From Candidatus Sediminicultor sextus (GTDB lineage Bacteria; Atribacterota; Phoenicimicrobiia; Phoenicimicrobiales; Phoenicimicrobiaceae), in the NCBI GenBank assembly GCA_014894735.1, contig JADBKX010000069.1, positions 1,845 to 29,752 of the forward strand: a DNA stretch of 27,908 nucleotides, in the 5' to 3' direction. The notes below the pieces were generated by a model. The model was not told the DNA's origin. It saw only the letters and a list, made by a program, of their open reading frames with translations, and searched no databases. The translations under genes were made by a program, and so were the position numbers. Below, piece by piece: positions 8,185 through 16,318 of this stretch; the stretch's first letter is position 1, and every line of letters starts with the position of its first letter.

Positions 8185-9846
8185 ATGATATTAACTCTAG
8201 AAGATATAAAAAATTTATGTACCGAAACTTCTTTTGTACGCGGCTTGGATTATTTCCAGATGGGTAATGTTACCAATTTAGAGCAATTCGGGAACAAAAT
8301 CACCGCTACGGTAGAAGGAACGAGGGATTATACGGTAACAATCCTTACAAATAAAAAAACTATTGCAGCTACCTGCACCTGTCCTTACGATTGGGGAGGT
8401 TATTGTAAACATATTGTGGCTGCACTTATTGCCCTATCAGACAATGATCCAAAAATTAAAAAGGATAAAGATAAAAAAGAGAAAAAAATTATGAAAATTT
8501 TAAATAATCTCTCTTTTAATGAATTGAAAGATTTTCTAACATCTGAACTTGGAAACAATCCTTCCTTAAGAAACCACTTTACAATTTACTTTTCAGGGAA
8601 AAGCTCAAAAGGGAAAAGCCTCAATGACTATAAAAAAGAGATCAATCTGTCCTACCGTGAGATAAGCGACAGCGGTGGGTATATTGAATATGGAACAGAA
8701 GTCGATTTTTCATATATTCGTGATTTGGCTGACCGATATACTGATGCGGGAAATTTCCTTGAAGCAGCGACTATCTATCAGGCACTATCTGAAGTTATTG
8801 CTGAAAATATGGAAGAGGTGGATGATTCTGATGGATACTATAGAGACGAATTTTGTTTGGCTATAGAATATTTTGCAAACTGTATAAATGAAGCAGAACT
8901 GAGTCATATAGAAAAAAAGAAGTATATTGACTATTTTTTTGGTAAATATATTAAAAATGACCCGGACTATTTTCGAGAAAACTATGACGACGCTTTAAGC
9001 GAAATATGTCTCTCAAAAGATGATTTGGAATATTGGAAAAAACTGCTCAAACCTTACCTTCCTAAGAATCTTCCGGATAGTGAGCAATGGAGTGAATATT
9101 ATCAAGCAAAAGAGCTCCTATTAACACAGCTTTACCTCCTGGACTCACTTAATCATGAAAAAGAATTCTACGAATTGGTAAAAAAATATTACCGCCAAGA
9201 GGAAGAATTTTGTCTTTCTTATATTGAACGTTTAGAAAAAGACAACAGGTGTAAAGAGGCTATTAAAATTGCCGAAGAAGGCCTTGACCTTTTTCCTGAG
9301 CATATGCTCATAGAAATACGCCGGTTTTTAAATAGATTCTATAAAAAGCAATCTCCGGAAAAATATAAACAGAATCTTATAAATCTTTTTATTCAAAATA
9401 AAGACTGGAATGATTACGAAAGGCTGAAAGAAATCTGTTCTAAAGAAGATTGGAAAGAAAAAATACTTTCAATAATTATTAACAATCTCCCAAAAGATAG
9501 AGACAGATTTAGCAGTGATACAATCATTGATATCTACCTAAAAGAAAAAATGTTTGAAGAAGCATTTGAAGAGGTTCTTGCGAAAAAAAGTCTTTTTACT
9601 CTTGATACATACTATAAAGATTTATCAGCAAAATTCCCCGAAGGATACTTTAAGGCTTACAGGGAGCTGCTTATTCCTTTTACTGATAGCAAGATGGGGA
9701 GATCACACTATAGAAATATCGTCAGCTATCTGAATCGGATGAAAAAAATAAAGGGATTTGAAGAGGAATTCAACGAATTAGTGAGCCTACTTAAGACCAA
9801 ATATGCAAAAAGACCTGCCTTTCTGGATGAGATGAAATATATGTAA
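8185..9846 (+). CDS. SWIM zinc-finger protein with long helical C-terminal region
   Basis: SFVRGLDYF, ATVEGTRDYTV, CTCPYDWGGYCKHIVA (CxC-x6-CxH); C-terminal YAKRPAFLDEM; 15 nt after the previous stop. Confidence 0.88.
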   Translation: MILTLEDIKNLCTETSFVRGLDYFQMGNVTNLEQFGNKITATVEGTRDYTVTILTNKKTIAATCTCPYDWGGYCKHIVAALIALSDNDPKIKKDKDKKEKKIMKILNNLSFNELKDFLTSELGNNPSLRNHFTIYFSGKSSKGKSLNDYKKEINLSYREISDSGGYIEYGTEVDFSYIRDLADRYTDAGNFLEAATIYQALSEVIAENMEEVDDSDGYYRDEFCLAIEYFANCINEAELSHIEKKKYIDYFFGKYIKNDPDYFRENYDDALSEICLSKDDLEYWKKLLKPYLPKNLPDSEQWSEYYQAKELLLTQLYLLDSLNHEKEFYELVKKYYRQEEEFCLSYIERLEKDNRCKEAIKIAEEGLDLFPEHMLIEIRRFLNRFYKKQSPEKYKQNLINLFIQNKDWNDYERLKEICSKEDWKEKILSIIINNLPKDRDRFSSDTIIDIYLKEKMFEEAFEEVLAKKSLFTLDTYYKDLSAKFPEGYFKAYRELLIPFTDSKMGRSHYRNIVSYLNRMKKIKGFEEEFNELVSLLKTKYAKRPAFLDEMKYM

Positions 9847-9854
9847 AGTACATC

Positions 9855-9906
9855 ATAAAAAAGGGAAAAGCCAGGCGCCTGTCAAAAAAGTAATTCCCTT
9901 TTTTAT
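9855..9906. terminator. 13-bp perfect inverted repeat with 26-nt loop (terminator and/or operator)
   Basis: ATAAAAAAGGGAA (9855-9867) and TTCCCTTTTTTAT (9894-9906); the loop contains the palindrome CAGGCGCCTG. Confidence 0.6.
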
Positions 9907-9907
9907 C

Positions 9908-9935
9908 TTGACATAGAGTAATGTTTTGGTATAAA
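9908..9935 (+). promoter_or_regulatory. Sigma70 promoter of the abiE operon
   Basis: TTGACA (9908-9913)-N16-TATAAA with a TG extended -10. Confidence 0.65.
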
Positions 9936-9947
9936 ATGATACCAATT

Positions 9948-10538
9948 ATGGAAACTATATCTAAACAAAAAGCAATTCAAATTTTAATTCAGAATAATAT
10001 TTCTCTCCTGGATATTAGCAGTGCCCAAAAAATCTTCTCCTTTAAGAAAGAGAATAGTCTTTATAAATTTCTTCAAAGATTAGAAAGGGCTGATATCTTA
10101 AAGAGAATTGTTAAAGGAAAATATTTATTTTCTTTTAAAGAAATTAATGATTATGAATTAGCTAATTTTTTACTCGCTCCCTCTTATATTTCTTTGGAAA
10201 GCGCCCTTTCTTTTTACGGAATTTTAGCTCAGTTTCCCTATACTATTACTTCTGTTACTACCTCTAAAACCAGGAAGATTATCTATAACGAAAAGGAATT
10301 TGAATTTGCTCATCTGAGGAGGGAAAATTTTTTTGGTTTTGTAAAAAAGGACAATTTTTTAATCGCCCAACCGGAAAAAGCTCTTTTAGATGAACTTTAT
10401 TTTATTTCCAAGGGTTTGATAAGTATAAGTTTAAACGAATTGAATTTATCCTTAATTAATAAGAATAAGTTACTAAAAATGTTGCAATATTATAAGTTTT
10501 TACCTTTAGAAAATATGGTGAAAAAATATGTTAAATAG
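9948..10538 (+). CDS. abiEi: Type IV TA antitoxin AbiEi (wHTH N-terminus)
   Basis: LQRLERADILKRIVKGKY (wHTH), PSYISLESALSFYGIL, ITSVT, IAQPEKALLD. Start moved from 9921 (inside the promoter) to ATG 9948; ATG 9936 is an alternative. Confidence 0.88.
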   Translation: METISKQKAIQILIQNNISLLDISSAQKIFSFKKENSLYKFLQRLERADILKRIVKGKYLFSFKEINDYELANFLLAPSYISLESALSFYGILAQFPYTITSVTTSKTRKIIYNEKEFEFAHLRRENFFGFVKKDNFLIAQPEKALLDELYFISKGLISISLNELNLSLINKNKLLKMLQYYKFLPLENMVKKYVK

Positions 10539-11289
10539 AGAACAGGTACAAATATTTTCCAAAGAATTAAAAATAGATACATTTTCTGTTTATCGAGAAT
10601 ACTTACAACTTTTATTTCTAAAATATTTTTACGATTTAAAAGAAAGTAACCAGGTCTATTTTAAAGGTGGAACGGCAATTAAATTTTTATATCATTCTTT
10701 TAGGTTTTCGGAAGATTTAGATTTTAGCAGTACCTTAAAAGAAAAAGAGATTAAAATTTTAATTCAAAAAGCAATTAAAAACCTTTCTAGAGAACTCCCT
10801 GTATCCTTCAAGCAAGAAAAATCTATTGCCAATTCTTTTACCGGAAGGATTTTCCAAAAAATAACAGATTTTAGTTTTCCTTTAACTATTAGATTAGATA
10901 TTTCTTTTAGAGAAAAACCAATTTATATTGAAACCAAATATATTGAGACTACTTTCCCTCTTGCGCCATATCCTCTGGTAGTTCATTTAGCAGCCAAAGA
11001 AATTTTAGCTGAAAAAATCAGAGCCCTAATAATTAGAGGAAAAGGAAGGGATGTATTTGATCTTTGGTATCTATTAAGTAAGGGAATAACAATTGATTGG
11101 AATTTGGTTAATCTAAAAATGTCTTTTTATGATAAAAAGACTGATGTTAAAGAATTAATAAACATTATAAAAGGGATATCGGATAAAGAAATTAAAAAAG
11201 ATTTGATTAAATTTTTACCTCTAAATCAAAGAACGACCGTTGCAAAAATAAAAATCTGGCTAATTGAAAAGTTAGGCGAAAGAGAATAA
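10528..11289 (+). CDS. abiEii: Type IV TA toxin AbiEii nucleotidyltransferase (DUF1814)
   Basis: YFKGGTAI, RFSEDLDF, EILAEKIRAL, RGKGRDVFDL; overlaps abiEi by 11 nt. Confidence 0.92.
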   Translation: MLNREQVQIFSKELKIDTFSVYREYLQLLFLKYFYDLKESNQVYFKGGTAIKFLYHSFRFSEDLDFSSTLKEKEIKILIQKAIKNLSRELPVSFKQEKSIANSFTGRIFQKITDFSFPLTIRLDISFREKPIYIETKYIETTFPLAPYPLVVHLAAKEILAEKIRALIIRGKGRDVFDLWYLLSKGITIDWNLVNLKMSFYDKKTDVKELINIIKGISDKEIKKDLIKFLPLNQRTTVAKIKIWLIEKLGERE

Positions 11290-11317
11290 ATATTTTTGTA
11301 AAAGTCAGCGATTAATT

Positions 11318-11476
11318 ATGGAAACTGGTTTAAATAGAATTAAAAAGAATTTTACTTCCCGATTAATGGGTATAATCGATGCAGAAAAAGAGTGAAGAAA
11401 TCCTTTGTTTAGTGGTGTGTTTATTTTAATATTTGGATTTGGTATTTTATTTAATCCCATTTCTACGGATTTCTAA
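11318..11476 (+). pseudogene. Possible small membrane protein remnant with an internal TGA
   Basis: METGLNRIKKNFTSRLMGIIDAEKE*RNPLFSGVFILIFGFGILFNPISTDF* in one frame; TGA at 11393-11395; no clear SD. Confidence 0.25.
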
Positions 11477-11750
11477 GTTTTATTTTAGAACCCTAAGGAG
11501 GATATCATACCCCCGGATACTACCTGAAGGTATAAATTAAACCTTATGGGCAAACACTCGACAAAGGGAGAAAAATTATGAAATCAAAAAATAGATTCAT
11601 AAAGACAATTATTATATCGTGAATCCGGCTATTCCCGTTTGATTTTGTGAATAATCAAAATTGAACCGAATACAATTCTTGCTCACCGTGTTTCCTGCAG
11701 AAAATATTCGGTATCGGAATAGATCAAGGGTCTATAAACCTTTTATTTAC

Positions 11751-11780
11751 TTGACATTAATATCGTAATATCGTTATATA
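11751..11780 (+). promoter_or_regulatory. Sigma70 promoter of cdr with overlapping operator-like repeat
   Basis: TTGACA 11751-11756 with TATATA at 11775-11780; the spacer holds tandem AATATCGT x2, also readable as the imperfect palindrome ATATCG-N6-CGTTAT. Confidence 0.6.
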
Positions 11781-11821
11781 TAAATGTTATGATATTTTTC
11801 TCATAAAAGGAGTGAACTGCC

Positions 11822-13504
11822 ATGAAAGTAGTCGTTGTAGGAGGCGTTGCCGGAGGAGCAAGTGCCGCTGCCCGTCTGAGACGCCTCGACGAAAACGCAG
11901 AAATAATTGTTTTGGAAAGAGGAGAGTATATTTCTTTTGCCAACTGCGGCCTCCCCTATTATATTGGTGGGGTAATAAAAAAACGGGATAATTTAGTGGT
12001 CCAATCCCCCGAAAGTATGAAAGAAAGATTTAATCTGGATATAAGAGTTTTAAATGAAGTTAAAAATATTGATATTAAAAATAAACAGGTTGATGTTTAC
12101 GATATCAAAAATAACAAAAATTATAAAGAAAGTTATGATAAATTAATTCTCTCTCCCGGGGCTGTTCCTATTAAACCCCCCGATAAAGGATTTAACTCCC
12201 CTAATGTATTTACCTTGAGAGACATACCTGATACCCTGGCCATCAAAAATTTTGTGGATAAGCATAATCCTAAAAGCGCTGTGGTAGTAGGTGCGGGTTT
12301 TATCGGGATGGAGTTAGCGGAAAATCTTTATAGAAGGGGAATTGCCATTACCATCATTGAATTAGCAGAACAGGTATTAGCTCCCCTGGATAGTGAAATG
12401 GCCTCCCTGATTCATCAACACTTGAAAGAAAAAAAGGTAGAATTTTATCTAAACGACGAGGTAAAAGAAGTTGAACATCGGGAGGAATTTTCCCTGGTTA
12501 AACTCGGCAGCGGACGAGAAATAAAGACCGATATGGTTTTCATCGGCATAGGGGTTCGCCCCGAAGTTACTCTGGCTAAAATGGCCGGTTTAGAAATTGG
12601 TGAAAGAGGAGGCATAAAAGTAGACCGTTCCTTAAAAACTTCTAACCCTGATATCTATGCAGTTGGCGATGCTATCGAAGTGATAGATTATATTAACGGA
12701 AATCCCACTCTTGTCCCTCTTGCCGGACCAGCAAATAAACAGGGAAGAATTGCCGCCAATAATATCTGCGGGATAGCAGAAGAATATGAAGGAACGCAAG
12801 GCACTTCCATATTAAAGGTATTTGATATGACGGTGGCGGCTACCGGAAATAATGAAAAATTGCTAAAAAGATGCAATATTCCTTATGAAAAATCTTTTAC
12901 TCATTCTTCATCTCATGCCGGATATTATCCTGAGGCTCTCCCTTTATCTATTAAGCTTATCTTTTCATCGGAAAATGGGAAAATTTTAGGAACCCAGATA
13001 GTAGGTTATGATGGAGTGGATAAAAGAATAGATGTTATCGCTACGGCAATACGGGCTGGGATGACGGTCTATGACCTGGAAAAATTAGAACTGGCCTATG
13101 CCCCGCCCTATTCTTCGGCCAAAGACCCGGTAAATATGGCCGGATATGTGGCTTCCAATATCTTAAAAGGGGATAGTGTGATCATCCACTGGCATGATAT
13201 AGAGAAATTAAATCGCGAGGAAACAGTCCTTATCGATGTGAGAACACCTGAAGAGTATAACCTGGGTACCATAGAAGGAGCAAAAAATATTCCGGTTGAT
13301 GAATTAAGAAATAGATTAAGCGAAATTCCCCAAGACCGAGAGATTATCATCTTTTGCCAGGCAGGGTTAAGGGGTTATATCGCCTGCCGAATCTTAAGGC
13401 AAAAAGGATATAAAAAGGTTAAAAATCTTAGCGGCGGGTACAAAACATATTTCCCGGCTGTTCAAATGCAAGATAATCCGGACATTTTTCAATACGAAAA
13501 ATAG
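11822..13504 (+). CDS. cdr: CoA-disulfide/persulfide reductase fused to a rhodanese domain (CoADR-RHD/Npsr type)
   Basis: GGVAGGAS, SFANCGLPY redox Cys, GAGFIG, YAVGDA, LAYAPPYS, then rhodanese IDVRTPEEY...FCQAGLRG; AAGGAG SD. Confidence 0.92.
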   Translation: MKVVVVGGVAGGASAAARLRRLDENAEIIVLERGEYISFANCGLPYYIGGVIKKRDNLVVQSPESMKERFNLDIRVLNEVKNIDIKNKQVDVYDIKNNKNYKESYDKLILSPGAVPIKPPDKGFNSPNVFTLRDIPDTLAIKNFVDKHNPKSAVVVGAGFIGMELAENLYRRGIAITIIELAEQVLAPLDSEMASLIHQHLKEKKVEFYLNDEVKEVEHREEFSLVKLGSGREIKTDMVFIGIGVRPEVTLAKMAGLEIGERGGIKVDRSLKTSNPDIYAVGDAIEVIDYINGNPTLVPLAGPANKQGRIAANNICGIAEEYEGTQGTSILKVFDMTVAATGNNEKLLKRCNIPYEKSFTHSSSHAGYYPEALPLSIKLIFSSENGKILGTQIVGYDGVDKRIDVIATAIRAGMTVYDLEKLELAYAPPYSSAKDPVNMAGYVASNILKGDSVIIHWHDIEKLNREETVLIDVRTPEEYNLGTIEGAKNIPVDELRNRLSEIPQDREIIIFCQAGLRGYIACRILRQKGYKKVKNLSGGYKTYFPAVQMQDNPDIFQYEK

Positions 13505-13633
13505 AAAAATCGAAATTTATCCAAAAAAGTGAACTGTTAAAAGCTCTTGCCCACTCTACAATACTTTGCATCGTAAAGGGTCTTATGGACAAAGAGAGTA
13601 ATGTAACCAATATTCAGGAATGTCTTGATTTAC
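13501..13633 (+). pseudogene. Truncated ArsR/SmtB-family regulator fragment
   Basis: Frame from 13501 reads IEKSKFIQKSELLKALAHSTILCIVKGLMDKESNVTNIQECLDL, an ArsR helix 1-3 pattern; no start codon, and it ends before the recognition helix by running into antisense ptb. Confidence 0.75.
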
Positions 13634-14525
13634 TGCATAAGATAGAGACGGCGATGCAATTTAATTTCACATCACTTTTATCTGCTCGGGAAGGTATTAT
13701 TACCGGAGCTTTGGTACCCACCAGTGTATGTCCTACCTGGTAATTGGCATAATAGGTAAGTGCTTTGCCAAAGATATTTCCAGCTGCAATATCAGGGACA
13801 ATTAGGATATCGGCTTTACCTGCTACCGGTGAAACAATTCCTTTTTTCTCGGCAGCAAATTCTGAAATAGCATTATCTAAAGCCAGCGGCCCATCGATGA
13901 TACAGCCGATAATCTGTTTTCTTTCATTCATTTTGGAAATCATTCCTGCTTTTACAGTCTCTTCCATATCAGGGTTTATGGTTTCTACGGCTGCTAGCAG
14001 GGCAACCTTAGGAGTCTCTATCCCAAGCTTATGGGCAACTTCAACAGCATTATTTATAATTGCCACTAAAGTCTTCACATCTGGTTTGAGGTTTACTCCG
14101 CCATCACTCATTAATACCAATTTGGGATTCCCTTCTCTTTTATCTTCAAAGATAAAAACATCACTGACGATTTTATCAGTCCTTAAACCCCACTCTTTGT
14201 TTAACACCGCCTTTAAAAGGGTGGCTGTCTTTATCTTCCCCTTGAGGAGTGTCCCTCCTTCTTTTACTCTTTCTACTGCCTTTCGAGCTATATCTTCATC
14301 ATCTTTTGCTCCGATAATCTCTTTTACAAAATTACTTTCGCCTAATAAAGAAAGGGATTTTTCAATTTCTGCTTTATCTCCCACTAAAACTCCCTCTCCG
14401 AATCCGTAATCGTAACAATCTTTTAGGGCTTTCAAAGTTTCAATATCTTCTCCACCGGCAACAATAATTTTTTCTATTCCTTTCATTTTTAAATTGTCGA
14501 ATAATTCTTTAAAACTTTTTATCAT
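13614..14525 (-). CDS. ptb: Phosphate butyryltransferase / branched-chain phosphotransacylase
   Basis: LKGKIKTATLLKAVL, SDGGVN, PKVALLAAVE, DGPLALDNAIS, VAGKADILIVP, SRAD; start moved to ATG 14525 behind AGGAGG. Confidence 0.92.
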   Translation of the reverse strand: MIKSFKELFDNLKMKGIEKIIVAGGEDIETLKALKDCYDYGFGEGVLVGDKAEIEKSLSLLGESNFVKEIIGAKDDEDIARKAVERVKEGGTLLKGKIKTATLLKAVLNKEWGLRTDKIVSDVFIFEDKREGNPKLVLMSDGGVNLKPDVKTLVAIINNAVEVAHKLGIETPKVALLAAVETINPDMEETVKAGMISKMNERKQIIGCIIDGPLALDNAISEFAAEKKGIVSPVAGKADILIVPDIAAGNIFGKALTYYANYQVGHTLVGTKAPVIIPSRADKSDVKLNCIAVSILCSKSRHS

Positions 14526-14568
14526 CTTCGAACCTCCTATACACAAATTACACAGATTAAATTTGATT

Positions 14569-15636
14569 TTAGGAATATGTTTTTACTTTTTCTACCCCAT
14601 CTATTACTCTTATCACTGCTTGGGCCAATGCCTTCATCTCTTCTTCTCCCGGATAAACTACCACTGGAGCTATCCAACCCGTACGATCTTTTATCTTATT
14701 TACTAAAATTTTATTATGAGCTATGCCTCCGGTAAGAATAATTGCTTCAACTTTTCCTTTTAATACTGCAGCCATCGCCCCGATTTCTTTAGCAATCTGA
14801 TAACACATCCCTTCAAAAATTAATTCTGCATATTTATCTCCTTGCTCTATTTTCTTCATTACTTCTCTGACATCATTGGTCCCCAGATAAGAGACAAGTC
14901 CGCCCTGATAAGTAATAAGTTTATACAATTCTTTTTCTGAATATTCACCAGAATAACACAGATGGATTAGAGCCTTATTGGGGAGAGAGCCGGTTCGCTC
15001 GGGTGAAAAAGGTCCTCCGTCATTGGCATTATTTACATCAATTATTTTCCCCTTCTCTATTGGAGCAATGGATATCCCCCCACCGAGATGGGCAACAATA
15101 AGGTTTGATTCCTCGAATTTTTTCCCCTGTTCTTTAGCGTAACGGAAGGCACTAGCCCGGATATTTAAAGTGTGAAGCAAGGATTTCCTTTCTATTCCTT
15201 TTAGCCCGGATATCCGGGCGATATCGGTAAATTCATCAACCGATACCGGGTCAGCGATATAGGCAGGGATATTGATTTCTTCAGCTATTTCATGGGCAAT
15301 AATTCCTCCTAAATTGGAGGCATGTTCTATAGGAGAATTTTTTAGGTCATTGATAAGTTTGTTATTAACCTCGTAAGTCCCGGCTTCTAAAGGTTTTAAT
15401 ACACCGCCCCGTCCTATAATCGCTCTTAATGAATTAGAATCTATATTTTTCTTTTTCAAGGTATCCAAAATTATCTTTTTTCTGACTGGACCTTGTTCTA
15501 ATAGCGATTTAAATTGGGAAAGTTCTTCTGTAGAATGGGAGATAGTCTCCTTAAAAATCTCTTTTCCTTTCTGATTAAATATTGCTACTTTGGTAGAAGT
15601 TGAACCGGGATTGATAACCAATATATTTTCTTTCAT
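14569..15636 (-). CDS. buk: Butyrate kinase / branched-chain carboxylic acid kinase
   Basis: INPGSTSTK, GRGG, HASNLG, DPVSVDE, HTLN, HLGGGIS, GPFSPER, LTGGIA, PGEEEM. Confidence 0.96.
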   Translation of the reverse strand: MKENILVINPGSTSTKVAIFNQKGKEIFKETISHSTEELSQFKSLLEQGPVRKKIILDTLKKKNIDSNSLRAIIGRGGVLKPLEAGTYEVNNKLINDLKNSPIEHASNLGGIIAHEIAEEINIPAYIADPVSVDEFTDIARISGLKGIERKSLLHTLNIRASAFRYAKEQGKKFEESNLIVAHLGGGISIAPIEKGKIIDVNNANDGGPFSPERTGSLPNKALIHLCYSGEYSEKELYKLITYQGGLVSYLGTNDVREVMKKIEQGDKYAELIFEGMCYQIAKEIGAMAAVLKGKVEAIILTGGIAHNKILVNKIKDRTGWIAPVVVYPGEEEMKALAQAVIRVIDGVEKVKTYS

Positions 15637-15654
15637 ACATTCCTCCTTACAAAT

Positions 15655-15689
15655 TAGTATATAGTATATAGTATTTAGTATATAGTAAA
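15655..15689. repeat. Five-unit 7-bp tandem repeat (TAGTATA)
   Basis: TAGTATA TAGTATA TAGTATT TAGTATA TAGTAAA between iorB and buk. Confidence 0.9.
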
Positions 15690-15724
15690 GAAATACGGTG
15701 GTAAGTAATGCGTAAAGGGATATT

Positions 15725-16318
15725 TTATTTTTTTACTTCTTTAAATCCCAGCTCAAAGGCTTTTAAATTTGTCTCAATACTTTTGAGAGGTAAGTTTTCT
15801 TTCATAGACTGAATAACTAAATCTTTATCCACCGGAAATCCAGGGGTAGCAACTGCTGCTCCGAGCAGAACCATATTTTCCGATATAATACTTCCTGCTT
15901 CTTTGGCTATTTTTTGGGCATCAATTATTGATAAATTCTTTATTTTTGCTTTTAGTTCGTCAAAAACAGAAGACAGTTCGGGATATTCCGAAATGCCCAG
16001 TGAAACAGTAAAAGGCACAATAGGAGCACTATTTACTATAACAAAAGAGTTGCAGTTTATCTTATTTAAAGACCTTAGAGCTTCTGTTGGTTCAAAAGCA
16101 ATCAATAAATCCGCTGCTCCCTCTTCAATTAGAGGGCTGTGTGCTTCACCAATTTTAAGTTCAGTTACTACTGTCCCTCCTCTTCGAGCCATTCCATGAA
16201 CTTCACTCATTACCACATTCAAACCTTTTCTCATCGCTGCTTCTCCCACAATAGTAGAAGTTTTAATCGTTCCCTGTCCCCCTACTCCAATAAGCTGAAT
16301 CTTATATATATTTTTCAA
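15725..16318 (-). CDS. iorB: Indolepyruvate:ferredoxin oxidoreductase beta subunit
   Basis: GVGGQG, SEVHGMARRGGTV, FEPTEALR, NMVLLGA; true start is probably TTG 16318 overlapping the iorA stop (TTGA), giving MKNIYKIQLIG. Confidence 0.92.
   Translation of the reverse strand: MKNIYKIQLIGVGGQGTIKTSTIVGEAAMRKGLNVVMSEVHGMARRGGTVVTELKIGEAHSPLIEEGAADLLIAFEPTEALRSLNKINCNSFVIVNSAPIVPFTVSLGISEYPELSSVFDELKAKIKNLSIIDAQKIAKEAGSIISENMVLLGAAVATPGFPVDKDLVIQSMKENLPLKSIETNLKAFELGFKEVKK

Noticed and set aside
6454-9875. 9-bp inverted repeat CCTGGCTTT/AAAGCCAGG bracketing the orphan-pRiA4b-SWIM block as transposon ends
   Set aside because: Too short, cannot be extended, no target duplication and no transposase.
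11393-11395. In-frame TGA as selenocysteine or code reassignment
   Set aside because: No Cys-motif context or SECIS-like hairpin, and TGA is a normal stop for mrfA, iorA and ptb.
11547-11570. GGGCAAACACTCGACAAAGGGAG as a c-di-GMP-I riboswitch
   Set aside because: Only the GGCAAAC start matches; the GNRA loop, GACGCAAAG junction and P3 are missing.
11578-11622. Micro-ORF MKSKNRFIKTIIIS behind a GGGAG SD
   Set aside because: 14 codons with no recoverable continuation in any frame; at most a decayed gene start.
15655-15689. 7-mer and 8-mer arrays (also 27674-27868) as CRISPR
   Set aside because: Contiguous short units with no unique spacers and no cas genes.
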